Assembly (NCBI GenBank): GCA_964016885.1
Contig: OZ024753.1
Span: 38,316,001 to 38,380,000 of the forward strand
Source of the DNA: Eledone cirrhosa
Taxonomy: Eukaryota
DNA length: 64,000 nucleotides
Reading direction: 5' to 3'
Part shown: in pieces, positions 14,401 through 25,637 of the stretch
Layout: each line of letters opens with the position of its first letter
Position numbering within the stretch: the stretch's first letter is position 1
The notes under the pieces: model-generated
What the model was told of the DNA's origin: nothing
Database searches by the model: none
The model's input: only the letters and a program-made list of their open reading frames with translations
Program-made: the position numbers and the translations under genes

Positions 14401-15524
14401 TGGCCAGTTCAGCCCAGTCAACTGGAACACAAGGGAAAAAGAAAAGTACATTTACAGCACTATGATGATGATGGTGATGGAGGTGGTGATAATGTTGATG
14501 GTGGTAGTGGTGGTGATGATGCGATAGTGGTGATGGAGGTGGTGATAGTGTTGATGGAGGTGGTTTTTGTTGATGTTGGGGTGATAGTGGTGATGGCATC
14601 CAATTGTAGAAAGCTTGCCAAACAAAGGGTTGGGCGGACCCTTCAATTTTGTCAAAGAAAGACAATATGACCCCTCCTGTGCACTCGGTAGAAGGTGAGA
14701 TACACTGTAAAGTAATTATGCTGGTGACACAGTAAAATGGTAGTGCTGGTGCCATGATAAAATGCAACCAACACACTCAGTAAAGTGGTAGTGCTGGTGC
14801 CATAATATAATTGTTTCTACTTTAGGCACAAGGCCAGCAATTACCCAATGCATTACTGGTACTTTATTTTATCGACCCCGTAAGGATGAAAGGCAAAGTC
14901 AACCTTGGCGGGATTTGAACCCAGATCGTAAAGGGACGTAACTATGCTGGAAAGTATGGGGTCCGACCCTCTACCGATACTGCCAATAATATAATGCACC
15001 CTGTACATTCTGTATAGTGGCAGTGCTGGTGCCATAATATAATGCACCCTGTACATTCTGTATAGTGGTAGTGCTGGTGCCATAATATAATGCACCCTGT
15101 ACATTCTGTATAGTGGTAGTGCTGGTGCCATAATATAATGCACCCTGTACATTCTGTATAGTGGTAGTGCTGGTTCCATGATAAAATGCACCCAGCACAC
15201 TCAGTAAAGTGGCAGTGCTAGTAGTATCATAAAATACACTCTGTACATTTTGTGCAGGGTGTATTTTATGTGGTTGGTGTTAGGAGGGCTCTGATGCCAA
15301 AATATGAGACTTAGAAACAAGATGTAATTATCCAACCACACAGTGTCTTCGATTGTGTCAACCCAGCCAACCTATGCCAGCACTGAAAGGGGGAGGTAAA
15401 ACAATGACAATGATGATGATGATGAAGCAGGAGGAAGGGGTGTAGTTTACTTACCCTGTTCACTAGGTACATTCTGATAAGCTGCTTGTTGTAATGGCCA
15501 AGAACCCCAATGGTTGGCCCACAT
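320..15524 (-). CDS. PNISR: PNN-interacting serine/arginine-rich protein (PNISR/SFRS18), 5' part; gene continues beyond position 1
   Basis: Exons (minus): 15524-15455, 14421-13939, 12819-12635, 11295-11203, 9698-9572, 9125-8899, 8377-8249, 8024-7913, 373-320. All are GT-AG and phase-consistent (1480 nt). The peptides [60 protein letters not shown] and [16 protein letters not shown] match recalled PNISR motifs. The RS-rich C-terminus is not in the window. Confidence 0.92.
1345..1620. repeat. Degenerate tandem repeat (about 3 x 75-100 bp), dispersed family
   Basis: Unit AAAATAAAGGAGCTGAT..GAACCAAGGAAA..TCCATTGG; related pieces at about 29510-29560 and 48880-49130. Confidence 0.6.
4336..4546. 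mobile_element. piggyBac-type MITE (family A)
   Basis: TTAA|CCCTTTAGTATTT..AAATACTAATAGGG|TTAA. Further decayed copies at about 31515-31622, 32035-32185 and 47120-47346. Confidence 0.8.
4974..5140. repeat. (TA)n/(CA)n microsatellite
   Basis: Direct observation; similar tracts at about 17820, 22350, 24810, 25450, 41735, 50035 and 56760. Confidence 0.95.
5690..6280 (-). mobile_element. Highly decayed RTE/RTEX-like LINE 3' fragment
   Basis: [13 protein letters not shown] and [18 protein letters not shown] peptides on minus. Confidence 0.5.
6900..7075 (-). mobile_element. 3' end of an RLE-type (R4/Dong-like) LINE
   Basis: Minus strand [26 protein letters not shown], typical of the C-terminus of restriction-like-endonuclease LINEs. 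Confidence 0.6.
7913..8024 (-). CDS. PNISR: PNISR exon ([29 protein letters not shown])
   Basis: ttcattgtag| ... G|gtaatt; LTEILLDVT motif. Confidence 0.9.
8249..8377 (-). CDS. PNISR: PNISR exon ([15 protein letters not shown])
   Basis: tttccag| ... |gtaaat; 129 nt. Confidence 0.88.
8899..9125 (-). CDS. PNISR: PNISR exon ([26 protein letters not shown])
   Basis: Hallmark [12 protein letters not shown] motif; ttttcag| ... |gtaagt. Confidence 0.93.
9572..9698 (-). CDS. PNISR: PNISR exon ([20 protein letters not shown])
   Basis: atcccag|GGT ... ATT G|gttagt; 127 nt. Confidence 0.8.
9940..10110 (-). mobile_element. LINE 3' fragment
   Basis: Minus strand [23 protein letters not shown]. Confidence 0.5.
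10140..10960 (-). mobile_element. Cluster of a second tRNA-derived SINE family (..GTGTTCTTGAGCAAGACACTT.. core)
   Basis: Repeated heads TGGCTTAGTGGTTAGGGTG..GGTTCGATTCC on minus. Copies also at about 2170-2380, 13745-13880, 32680-32950, 51380-51860 and 52360-52550. Confidence 0.7.
11203..11295 (-). CDS. PNISR: PNISR exon ([19 protein letters not shown])
   Basis: ttctttgtcttgaag|GAT ... CAG|gtgagt; 93 nt. Confidence 0.8.
12175..12560 (+). repeat. SINE with RTE-type tail containing a 2 x ~139 bp tandem duplication
   Basis: GGAAGGGCACCCAGCCGTAGAAA occurs twice; ends CATGGAAAATGGACATTAAACGATGATGAT. Confidence 0.7.
12635..12819 (-). CDS. PNISR: PNISR exon ([23 protein letters not shown])
   Basis: Open, phase-consistent, donor AAG|gtatga. 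The acceptor is weak; an in-frame alternative starts at 12828. Confidence 0.75.
13005..13480. repeat. Degenerate tandem amplification (about 5 x 85-110 bp) of the SINE 3' segment
   Basis: Recurrent TTTAGCTG..TATGAGGTTGTATCTCATAGGA..GTTTTAATGATAGG unit. Confidence 0.7.
13939..14421 (-). CDS. PNISR: PNISR exon ([14 protein letters not shown] plus Pro/Gln-rich region)
   Basis: gtgttccag|TT GAC TGG ... TCA G|gtaggc; 483 nt. Confidence 0.9.
14985..15200. repeat. 48 bp minisatellite, about 4 copies
   Basis: Unit TGGTAGTGCTGGTGCCATAATATAATGCACCCTGTACATTCTGTATAG. Confidence 0.9.
15455..15524 (-). CDS. PNISR: PNISR first coding exon ([23 protein letters not shown])
   Basis: Acceptor ttttttccag| with exon start at 15551, ATG at 15524, donor G|gtaagt; splices in phase 1 to VDWAELA. 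Confidence 0.85.
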
Positions 15525-16371
15525 CTTTTCATTAACTATTATAAAACTGATCTGGAAAAAAAATTAATTAAATAACAATAATAATTTCTTTATTAGCTAC
15601 ACAGGGCTCACATTAATAAAACATTAAAGATAACACAGAACAATACAGTGTCGGTTTCGATATGTAAAAAAACTGTAAACATGTTTTTACCTGTAGACTT
15701 TTCATATACATATATATATATATAATTACAACTCACACCTTGTATGACTAGGTTTCTTGGGTGTTATTTAAATAATAGGGGGCTCCTAGTCTCATCATAT
15801 ATATAATAATGTATATGTGCTTGTGTGGGTGTGTGCATATATACGTGTGTGTGTGTGTGTGTGCATATGTGTGTACGTGCACATATGTATGACATTTAAA
15901 TGGTTCTTCAATTTATGATGAAAGTGCAAGGCCAATGAACATTACTAATCAATCTAAAATATGCTAGAAAACAGCGTCTGTTGCAAGTAAATTGCACAAT
16001 AATGTCTACTGCAGGTAAATTGCTGCACAATGTGATTCACTACTGTCTTATTTAAATTAAACAGGTAAAATTAACACCTTAGTCACTACAGTAAGATTAG
16101 AAAGAAGACAAGCTTACAACAGAGCTGGTAATAATTCAGAAATGTTACAAGGACACACAGCAATAGAATTAGCAGCTTGTGATATCATTATAATAGACTA
16201 ATAACAAACCAGGGTTGCTTGTAACAACAGACACTGACATAGAACCAACAGATTATGGTGTGACATACACACACACGAGAACACAATTTGGTGTTACTTT
16301 AGTAATGCTATCTAGCCCAGTCTCCTTAGTCCATGTTGGGTAATGACTTGACCTGCCTGAGCTAGGCTATA

Positions 16372-17135
16372 ACACGCTGAACTGTAAATGTACAGGTAGA
16401 CTATATCACACTGAACTGTAAATGTACAGGTAGACTACACACACTGAACTGTAAATGTACAGGTAGACTATACACTGAACTGTAAATGTACAGGTAGACC
16501 ACACACTGAACTGTAAATGTACAGGTAGACCACACACTGAACTGTAAATGTACAGGTAGACTACACACACTGAACTGTAAATGTACAGGTAGACTACACA
16601 CACTGAACTGTAAATGTACAGGTAGACTATACACTGAACTGTAAATGTACATTTAGACTACATACTGAACTGTAAATGTACAGGTAGACCACACACTGAA
16701 CTGTAAATGTACAGGTAGACTACACACACTGAACTGTAAATGTACAGGTAGACTACACACACTGAACTGTAAATGTACAGGTAGACTACACACTGAACTG
16801 TAAATGTACAGGTAGACTACACACTGAACTGTAAATGTACAGGTAGACTACACACTGAACTGAAAATGTACAGGTAGACCACACACACTGAACTGTAAAT
16901 GTACAGGTAGACTACACACTGAACTGTAAATGTACAGGTAGACTACACACTGAACTGTAAATGTACAGGTAGACTACACACTGAACTGTAAATGTACAGG
17001 TAGACTACACACACTGAACTGTAAATGTACAGGTAGACTATACACTGAACTGTAAATGTACAGGTAGACTACACACTGAACTGAAAATGTACAGGTAGAC
17101 CACACACTGAACTGTAAATGTACAGGTAGACTGTA
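16372..17135. repeat. Minisatellite of about 30 bp, about 25 copies
   Basis: Unit (AC)nACTGAACTGTAAATGTACAGGTAGACT; degenerate copies extend to about 17220. Confidence 0.95.
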
Positions 17136-17815
17136 CACTGATGTGTAGATGACCAGATAGACACACCCTAAAGTGTAAATGACCAGGTAAACAGTACTCT
17201 GTGTAAATGGGCAGATAGACAGCATGCTGAAGTGAATTATTTCTAGCAGTTAATTTTTCTTTAGTACTGGTTAGCCAGGGCAAAAGGGCAGTAAATATGT
17301 CCATGAACGGGTTAATAATGAGCAAGTTGGCTATATTACAAACTCACTCAAATTCCTGCTTATTTTCAAATTTTCTTCTAAATTCATAGAAATATGTTAA
17401 CGAAAGGATTGATAATGAAAAAGTTGGTTATATTACTAAAGCCCTCAAATTCTGGATTTCATATATTTTATGCACTCGATGAGAAGCCCGTTTTGAACTG
17501 GATCCCAAAATCCAAGGTCGTGCATACATGTTAAATGTATGAAACTACTTATACTAAATGAGATCTCTTGCAATAGATTGAGCATTGTTTTCCTTGACCT
17601 TTTATCTACAGATATTCTAATATATTATATATATATAGTATAAAGAAAACGAAAAATCAGTGATGCATCTGGACTCTATTGCGTGTTACAATTGATTCGC
17701 CGGCAGGTAGCTCTAGACATGGTCCGTGTATGGACCTGGCTGATTCTATGGCTGCAGGTTCCAGAGTGCTAATTTTGGCATACTGCCTATGGAAGCACCA
17801 TAGCTACCATTATAC

Positions 17816-17872
<57 letters not shown>

Positions 17873-18539
17873 ACATACATATATATTTGAGTCCTGAGTT
17901 CAACTGAGGGTAACCACAGTAAGGTACTCAATACATTAGTAGAGTGTAAACATCAAATTTAATATAGAAATGGCTTCTCCAGGACTAGAACTGTTTCATT
18001 CCATGGAAATCATCATATATATATATATATTTAATTTATCAAATTCTTGATTATTTACATTTATTTTAAATTCATAAGCAGTATTTTTCATTAAAAATAT
18101 GTAAAAAGAAAAAAAAAAAAAAAAAAAAAAAAGGGGGGTAAAACTGAATGGTTTGGTCCCTTTAGGGTCAATAAAATATGTTCCAGTCAATTACAGCACA
18201 AAATCAATTGTGCATACACCTACCTAGCCTACAAATTTCTGTCTACAAGCCAAGGTATGAAATCAATATTTACACCATTACAGAGTAATGAATAGCAAAA
18301 TCTGCTAGCAGAGAAATTTTTGGAAAGCTAACCAACCAATAAAGCTACGCAGTAGTTAAAACAACATCACATAAGGTGGAAATCTGGCAGAGTTGTTAGA
18401 GTATTGGACAGAATACTTTCCAGTATTAGTTCCAACTCTCTGTGGTTTGATTTCAAATCGCACCAAAGTCAGCTTTTCTTTCCATTCTTTCAGGGGTTGG
18501 TTGATAAATAAGGTACCAGTCCACTACCATGGACTGGTG

Positions 18540-18577
<38 letters not shown>

Positions 18578-21500
18578 AAATTTATAGCTCAAATGTATGC
18601 ATGTCTAGCTGGTTTCCTCTGAGGTTTCTTGGATGTTTTAATGATGGGAGGCCCAGTCTTATCATGAAAAGCAATATATAATGAAGTGTCTTGCTCAAGA
18701 CACTTCATTATATATAATATATAATGAAATTATTGTGTACAGTGCTCAGGTGCACTACAACTCATCAAAGGTGCATGTATAGTACATAGAATATATATAT
18801 GTGTGTGTGTGCTGTCGATTCCAGGAATTGTGCACACAACTTTATGATCAATTAGTCCAACACCTTAACCATTAGTCTACTTTGCCTTTTATCCTTTTTT
18901 TAATCTAACATCTGTCTGAAGGGCCTATCCCAGTTTCTGTAGCGTGAAGCGACCGAGATTACAAGACTTCCCTTTGGACAGGACGTTAGTCCATTACAGG
19001 GTTAAACCCCCAGCTATTGCAATGTGAAATGAAGTGGTTTGCTCAAGTCCTATTGTATAAAACCTTTCATTTTAAAGTGTTCATATTTAAATTAAAACCA
19101 CCCATCATTAAACTTATGTAAGAATCTTTATGTCTGAAACACCTTCATAATAATAAAAAAGAAAGGTTATCTAATTAAATACCAGTGGCTAACATAGACA
19201 GACCTAGAACACATCATTTGATTTCAACAATAGATACAACCATAAGTTACATCAGAACATAGATTAGAACACATAACATGTGATCCATTCATGATTTTCA
19301 GATTCAGAAATGCCAACATAAGAACAACACAAGACATGCTACTCAAAATTTGTTGCCCGAAATATTAAAGACTGTCAAACAGTTCAAAGTAACATTCCAA
19401 CAACTTTATCATTAGTTTTAACATTTAATGGCCAATTTGCATTGCTGTAGCCCTTTAAGATTTAAAAAAAACAAAAACCATTTTTTTTCTACACCAAAAT
19501 AAATTGAATTACAATGTATTTCATTTGAAAGGGTTAATGATAGAAAAAAAAAAAAAAGTAGGCAAGCAAATCAAAGTATACTTCATATTATTTACAGATG
19601 TAGCTGTGAAGTATTTATATCTTCAACAATTTATCCACTGGGTTGATTATAAAAACAGATCAATGATCACATTGTTTCATTCCTTTTGTGCCAGGTGTTG
19701 TTACACTATGCAAATATATATATATACATATCTCTCTCTCACATATATATATGTGTATATATACATACACAAACATATAAATATGTGTGTATATACACAC
19801 ACAAACAAACATATAGATATCGCTTTGTGCAGATTAGCTGATTTCTGCAAGTATGAAGGCTGTCTCTGTATATCATAAGTGTAGACATGCTTACCTTTCC
19901 GCTAACTAAATGATAAACCATGTAGGCTCCTAAGTACTATATTCCATATAAATGACTTGGAGAAGCAGAGAGGTGGTACAACACTCGGGTCCTATTCCTG
20001 CCTGCCAGTATACTCTCCTAAATTCCTTGCCAGCGTGACCCTGATCTCCAACTTCACCCTAAACTCAAAGTAGCAGAGAAATGGAACAATTTTCAGGTGC
20101 TCACCTGTTAGTGTACTCCTCTTGACTTCTTCACCCAACCCATGCTAACATGGAAAGCTAGGATAAACCCTGATTGATGCACCTTCCCCTTGAACCCCCA
20201 AAACTTGACCGGTACTTTATTTTATTGGTCCACACACAAAAGAAAAATCGAAGACAAAGCTGACCTCCTTCGGTCCCAAAACTTGACATTTGCAAAAGAA
20301 ATGTCAACAGATCAAATAATACAATAAAATACAACTTGACTATACATGTTTCTGATTAATAATTAGTGTTTATTGTCTATTTCATATTTTATTTACTGGT
20401 TTATTTATTGATTGATTTTGTACATGCCTAGAGTCTATAAGGAGACGGGTCAAGGATGAAAGGCAAAGTTGACCTCTATAGGTTTTGAACTCAGAGAGCT
20501 AGAATGAATACCTCTGATATTCTAAGCCCACTGCCAATTCATTTACATATATGCACACACTAAAACACAAAACAAATACAAACATACATATAAATGGCTG
20601 CATCTCAGTTTCAAGAATTGCCATCCCTTGACCTTTTTCTCATATATGGGTGGCACTGACATGACCTTTTAGCCCAGCCAAATTCCTTTCTGCATATGAT
20701 GCATTGAAAGGAAAAATAAAAGGCCATGCTCACGCGACACACATAAAGGTCGTTTAGACCAAGTGATAGTAATGCCTATGCTTGAAGATTTTTGTAAAGT
20801 GAAGAAAGGGCTTTGCCTGGGATCAATCCCACTCTCTGAACAACAGTGACAGGTATCCAAAAAGAAAAACAGACCAACATCATAGACTGCCATTGAGCTG
20901 CATGTTTTAAATCAGTTTTCCTTCTAGAATGATGCCTTAATAAGAACTAGGGGTATATCACCTCCAGTGGGCCTATCTTTTCAGGAAATATTGTATTCAA
21001 AATTCTACGATTTAATGTATAAATGAATGATCAGAGCGCCTTTGGACATATTTTTTATGGGTTTTTGGCGCCGTTAAATGCTTTATTAGGTTAGCTTTAC
21101 CTTTCATCCTTATGGGGTCGATAAAACAAAGCACCAGTAACGTACTGGATCGATTTAATCGTCTTTCCCTCCCTAAAAAAACTGTTGGCTTTGTGTCTAA
21201 AACAGAAACCATTCTTAGGTTAGCTTTGCCTTTCATCCTCACAGAGTCGATAAAATAAAGTACCAGTAACACAATGGGGTCGATTTAGTTGACTTTCCCC
21301 TTCCCTTCAAATTGCTGGCATTGTGTCTAATGTAGAAACAATTATTGTTATTACTATTATTATCACAAGGCGTTGCCTGTCAAGGAATCGAACCAGTGAT
21401 CTTACGATCGAGAATTCAACAGCTTAACCATTAGACAACATGACTTTAATAACGATGGAAATATCGATTCTATGACCCTGGTAATTTCCATGTCGTAATT

Positions 21501-21641
21501 CTATAAAGTCGGTTATGTATTTTGAAGACATAAAACATAAAAACCAATATCGTAATATACTGACAAAATATCTACTATATTGGATTTCTACATATAAAAA
21601 TAACAAACAGAAATAAACGATCTGTATACGCGCGCACACAC

Positions 21642-21682
<41 letters not shown>

Positions 21683-22201
21683 CATACACACGATATATAT
21701 ACGGATGGCTGGAACAGGTAAAAGAGTTATATATATATATATAAATATTGGTTTCTGATTTAGACACAATTGTATATACAGGGTGTCCCCCCAAAAGTAT
21801 ACACTCTTTGATTACCTGTACAGGCAATATTTATTAGAATGGTGTTGAAGTGTGTTTACATGTTTGGGGGGACATCGTGTATATGAGCCGACGGAGGACC
21901 TTCTATGCGATTGATCAGCCTGCTAGAAATAGCAGTAAAAATTTTCCAAAATACATACTGTTTAAAAAATATAGACGGGATGGTCAAAGACAATGCCTTT
22001 GGGCATAGGTCTGCTCTGATAGGGCTTGGCTTAGGGTTAAGCAACACACACACACACACATATATATATACACGTACATATAGGATAGAAAGCTTATTTA
22101 GTATAATTAAAATTCCATACGTTTAGGTTTACTAACACGAGGAAATCATGCAATCCACGTAACTCAGAGTAGCAAAAGAGAGCAATCTCAGTAATATATA
22201 C

Positions 22202-22241
<40 letters not shown>

Positions 22242-22352
22242 TTACATAGAGAGATATATCACCATCGAAAGGGTTAAAGTGTATAGTTCTAAGTCGAATA
22301 ACGCTGTTATTAGTTACAATTAGTTACAATTAGTAACTATCTCTCTTTCTAT

Positions 22353-22406
<54 letters not shown>

Positions 22407-23221
22407 AATAAAGATTCAGCGAGTATCGCATTTTCGGCGGGCAGGAAAAGCGAAGCGAAACGCAAAAATCAGAAATGATACTGGCAAAGTGCTCAATAGT
22501 TAAAAACCAGAGCTAAACAATGTGTTAAGAAGCCATACAAAACTGAAAAGGTGGTCAAGAAGGCATTAACCACCCAAGCCAAAAACCAAATCAAACTCAA
22601 CAGGTCAAAACAAAATAAATGATATATATATATACACACACACATACATGGGGATCTTTTGTTTTAAATACATAAAATTATGCAAAGATTTATTTAAAAA
22701 AAAAAAAAAAAATTATATAGGATAATATGAGGGATCCCCATTGATGAAGGACCATAAATATATTAATATATTTGTCTTTGTAAATACATTGAAAATATGA
22801 TCGGATATTCCAAGAATCAATCAATATTTTTTCACTTATAGATTAGTATATAGGTTCGATCAGAATTTTGAAGGTGAAATATAAGAAACCTATGATTTTT
22901 GATGTTTTGAACAAATTCGACTTAAAAAAAACACAGGCTTGTACGACGAGAATTACAATCAATCGAAAGAGAGAGGTGTTTATACATTTAGGGGAAAATG
23001 TATATATATATATATATAAGCGTGTATATACTGTGTTTTTAACGAAATACTTTGGTTGGTCTAATTATCGAGATCTGTGAAAAATATAGAATGGTCCTTG
23101 ACGTGGTCGTTGATAAGCACGCCAACCATCTGTTAAAAATACAAGTGCCTGACAACAAATATGATCGATAAATATAGCCGCAGCACTTCGATCAGGAAAG
23201 GGGGGCACACACTGAAAAAAT

Positions 23222-23522
23222 TGAACCCGTTTGATACCAAACGACCATAAACCACCCCTGGTTATAAAGATACAAAACCGTTTTATTTTAAAGTGTTTAT
23301 AATTGAACTAAAAATAAAAAAAATATTCCATCATAATTTTATGTAAGAACCTTTAGAGTTATGCCCGAAACACCTAATCATTATTATTATTAAACAACTT
23401 AATAATTATTATTGACAGAGTTACTGTTATTTAATCCCCCCAAATTCATGATTATTTTCAAAACGATACGACAACCATAGGTAATGTCTTTCATTAGGAT
23501 TATATGGTAACGAAAGGGTTAA
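23222..23522. mobile_element. piggyBac-type MITE (family B)
   Basis: CCCGTTTGATACC..GGTAACGAAAGGG|TTAA; related copies at about 1180-1340, 13482-13743 and 46165-46370. Confidence 0.65.
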
Positions 23523-23760
23523 AAGGCCGTGGCGTTCCACCATTATATAAATCTAATGAACCCCTAATCCTGATCTGTGTAGACAATCTCTCGTTGGCTG
23601 TTATTATAACAATAATAATAATAATTGTTTCTACTCTCTGGCACAAGGCCAGCAATTACCCAGTGCATTACTGGTACTTTATTTTATCGACCCCCGTAAG
23701 GATGAAAGGTAAAGTTAACCTCGGCGGGATTTGAACTCGCTTAGAATAATAATAATAATA

Positions 23761-23792
<32 letters not shown>

Positions 23793-24001
23793 TTGATAGC
23801 TACTATATGGGCATCGTTTGTTCCCCGTAATAGATACACATATATGCGTATACCATATATAAAAACACAGACAGGTACGCATTCGTAAACAGATGCTCGA
23901 GAGAGAGCTCCTCAATATATATCAGACATGATCTAGCAATTTATTAAACACAAAATGCGACCGTATTACTGTTAATATTATAATCATAAAAATAAACTCA
24001 C

Positions 24002-24500
24002 CTCAAGAAAATAATAACAATAATATTGCACACAAATGGATCTTTTTTCCTTTTCCAATCCGTTGTTAATGCACAGTTTTTGGTTGTCTTTTTTTCTCTT
24101 TCTTTTAAAGGAGCGAGAAAATGGCTTAGCTGTTCTTTCTATTTGTAACTAAATAATAATTATAATAATACTGTCGCATCAATTTACGATGATGCTGGAT
24201 CGTATAAAGATGTAGATTTATATCCAAGAGAAATAACATCCAGATAAATAAGATTATTTTAAAAGAACACAACAAACAGAAAATAATGAAAGACAGAGTT
24301 TCATGTAAGAAAAATGAGTAAAGATTAAAGATTTCCACTCGAAAAAAAAAAATGATAAAACTGGTGATAATTTCTCCCCCCTGTTTTTCTTATTGCTGTG
24401 GTTGATTGTTTTCCCCCTATCTTATCCAGGAATATCACCCCAGCGACCTAACAAATAATTTGACAGTAGTAAATACATACATTTTTTCTATAACTCCTCC
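24002..24500 (-). other. Probable non-coding first exon (5'UTR) of PNISR
   Basis: Consensus donor GAG|gtgagt at 24001, non-repetitive sequence, directly downstream of a promoter-motif cluster at 24546-24610. The TSS position is approximate. Confidence 0.5.
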
Positions 24501-24545
24501 ACAGGGGAAAAGTACACACAAAAAAATGTCGGATTGTGAGTAAGA

Positions 24546-24610
24546 CGGAAGTGACGTACGGTGCATACTAGCTTCTGTTAGACAACTTCCTGTCATATCT
24601 GCCATATTGA
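24546..24610. promoter_or_regulatory. PNISR proximal promoter: overlapping ETS/CRE composite plus a second ETS core
   Basis: CGGAAGTGACGT at 24546-24557; ACTTCCTG and GCCAT nearby. Confidence 0.5.
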
Positions 24611-24806
24611 TCAATATATGGAAAAGAAAGATTGATTTATCATGTTTTTATCTTGTTCAAATATGTACCACATAATAAAATAATGAAACTCCGCAAGTGT
24701 ATAAATATTGTGTATATAATTGCCACTATTTTCTTTAGAAAATAACTCCTATGCACTGTTCACATGATTGAGTGCGCATTCATACGCACACGCACAGACA
24801 TACACG

Positions 24807-24894
<88 letters not shown>

Positions 24895-24900
24895 TATATA

Positions 24901-25080
24901 AATATAGAAAAGCTTCTACAGGACTAGAACTGTTTCATTTGGGAGAAATCATCAGGGCTTCCTGATGATTTCTCCCGAATGAAACAGTTCTAGTCCTGTA
25001 GAAGCCTTTTCTATATTAAATATTTATACTCTGCTTTGTATTGAGTAACTTACTGTGGTTACCTCCGATTGAGCCCGGGA
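24901..25080. mobile_element. Fold-back (inverted) pair of Penelope-like terminal fragments carrying hammerhead cores
   Basis: Near-perfect palindrome with about 56 bp arms at 24901-25017. The right arm has CTGATGA..GAAAC..GTC, followed by a tail shared with 17900-18015 and 41800-41915. All copies sit next to (TA)n. Confidence 0.5.
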
Positions 25081-25180
25081 TAAACTTATATATATACTTA
25101 CACACACATACATATGTATATATATATACTTACACACACATACATATATATATATAAACTTACACACACAAACATTTGTG

Positions 25181-25212
<32 letters not shown>

Positions 25213-25444
25213 CATACATACATATACATATACTTTATATACCATCACCATTCAATGTCCATTTTCCATGCTTGAATGGGTTAGATAGATCGTCTACGTC
25301 CTTAGACAAGTCTAGCCAGATTGGCTTGCCATACCTTGCTCAGATGCAGCTGTAAATTTGGCTAGGATTTTTACAGCTGGATGCCCTTCCTGACACCAAC
25401 CACATTTAGAGTATGGAATATATATATATATATTCTCTATATTT

Positions 25445-25494
<50 letters not shown>

Positions 25495-25637
25495 TAAAAT
25501 AACAGATTAAAGTTTAAGCAAAGAATCGCTGCTTTCACCCTTAACGGGATCTTCTGGAACTCATTATATTATTATTACTATATATATATATATATATATA
25601 TATCTGTAGGAAGTGAGTTTTATTGTAGCACAATAAA

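Noticed and set aside
13882-14670. 262 aa plus-strand ORF
   Set aside because: Antisense shadow of the Pro/Gln-rich PNISR exon and the adjacent (CAT/CAC)n tract.
14422-14776. His-rich N-terminal extension of the 290 aa minus ORF
   Set aside because: Lies upstream of a clear acceptor at 14422; intronic microsatellite and SINE sequence.
16372-17135. CRISPR-like appearance of ~30 bp repeats
   Set aside because: No unique spacers and eukaryotic intron context; simple tandem minisatellite.
22735-22810. TTGATGA plus hairpin plus GAAA, possible hammerhead
   Set aside because: C3 is missing, GAAA is not adjacent to helix II and there is no clean helix III.
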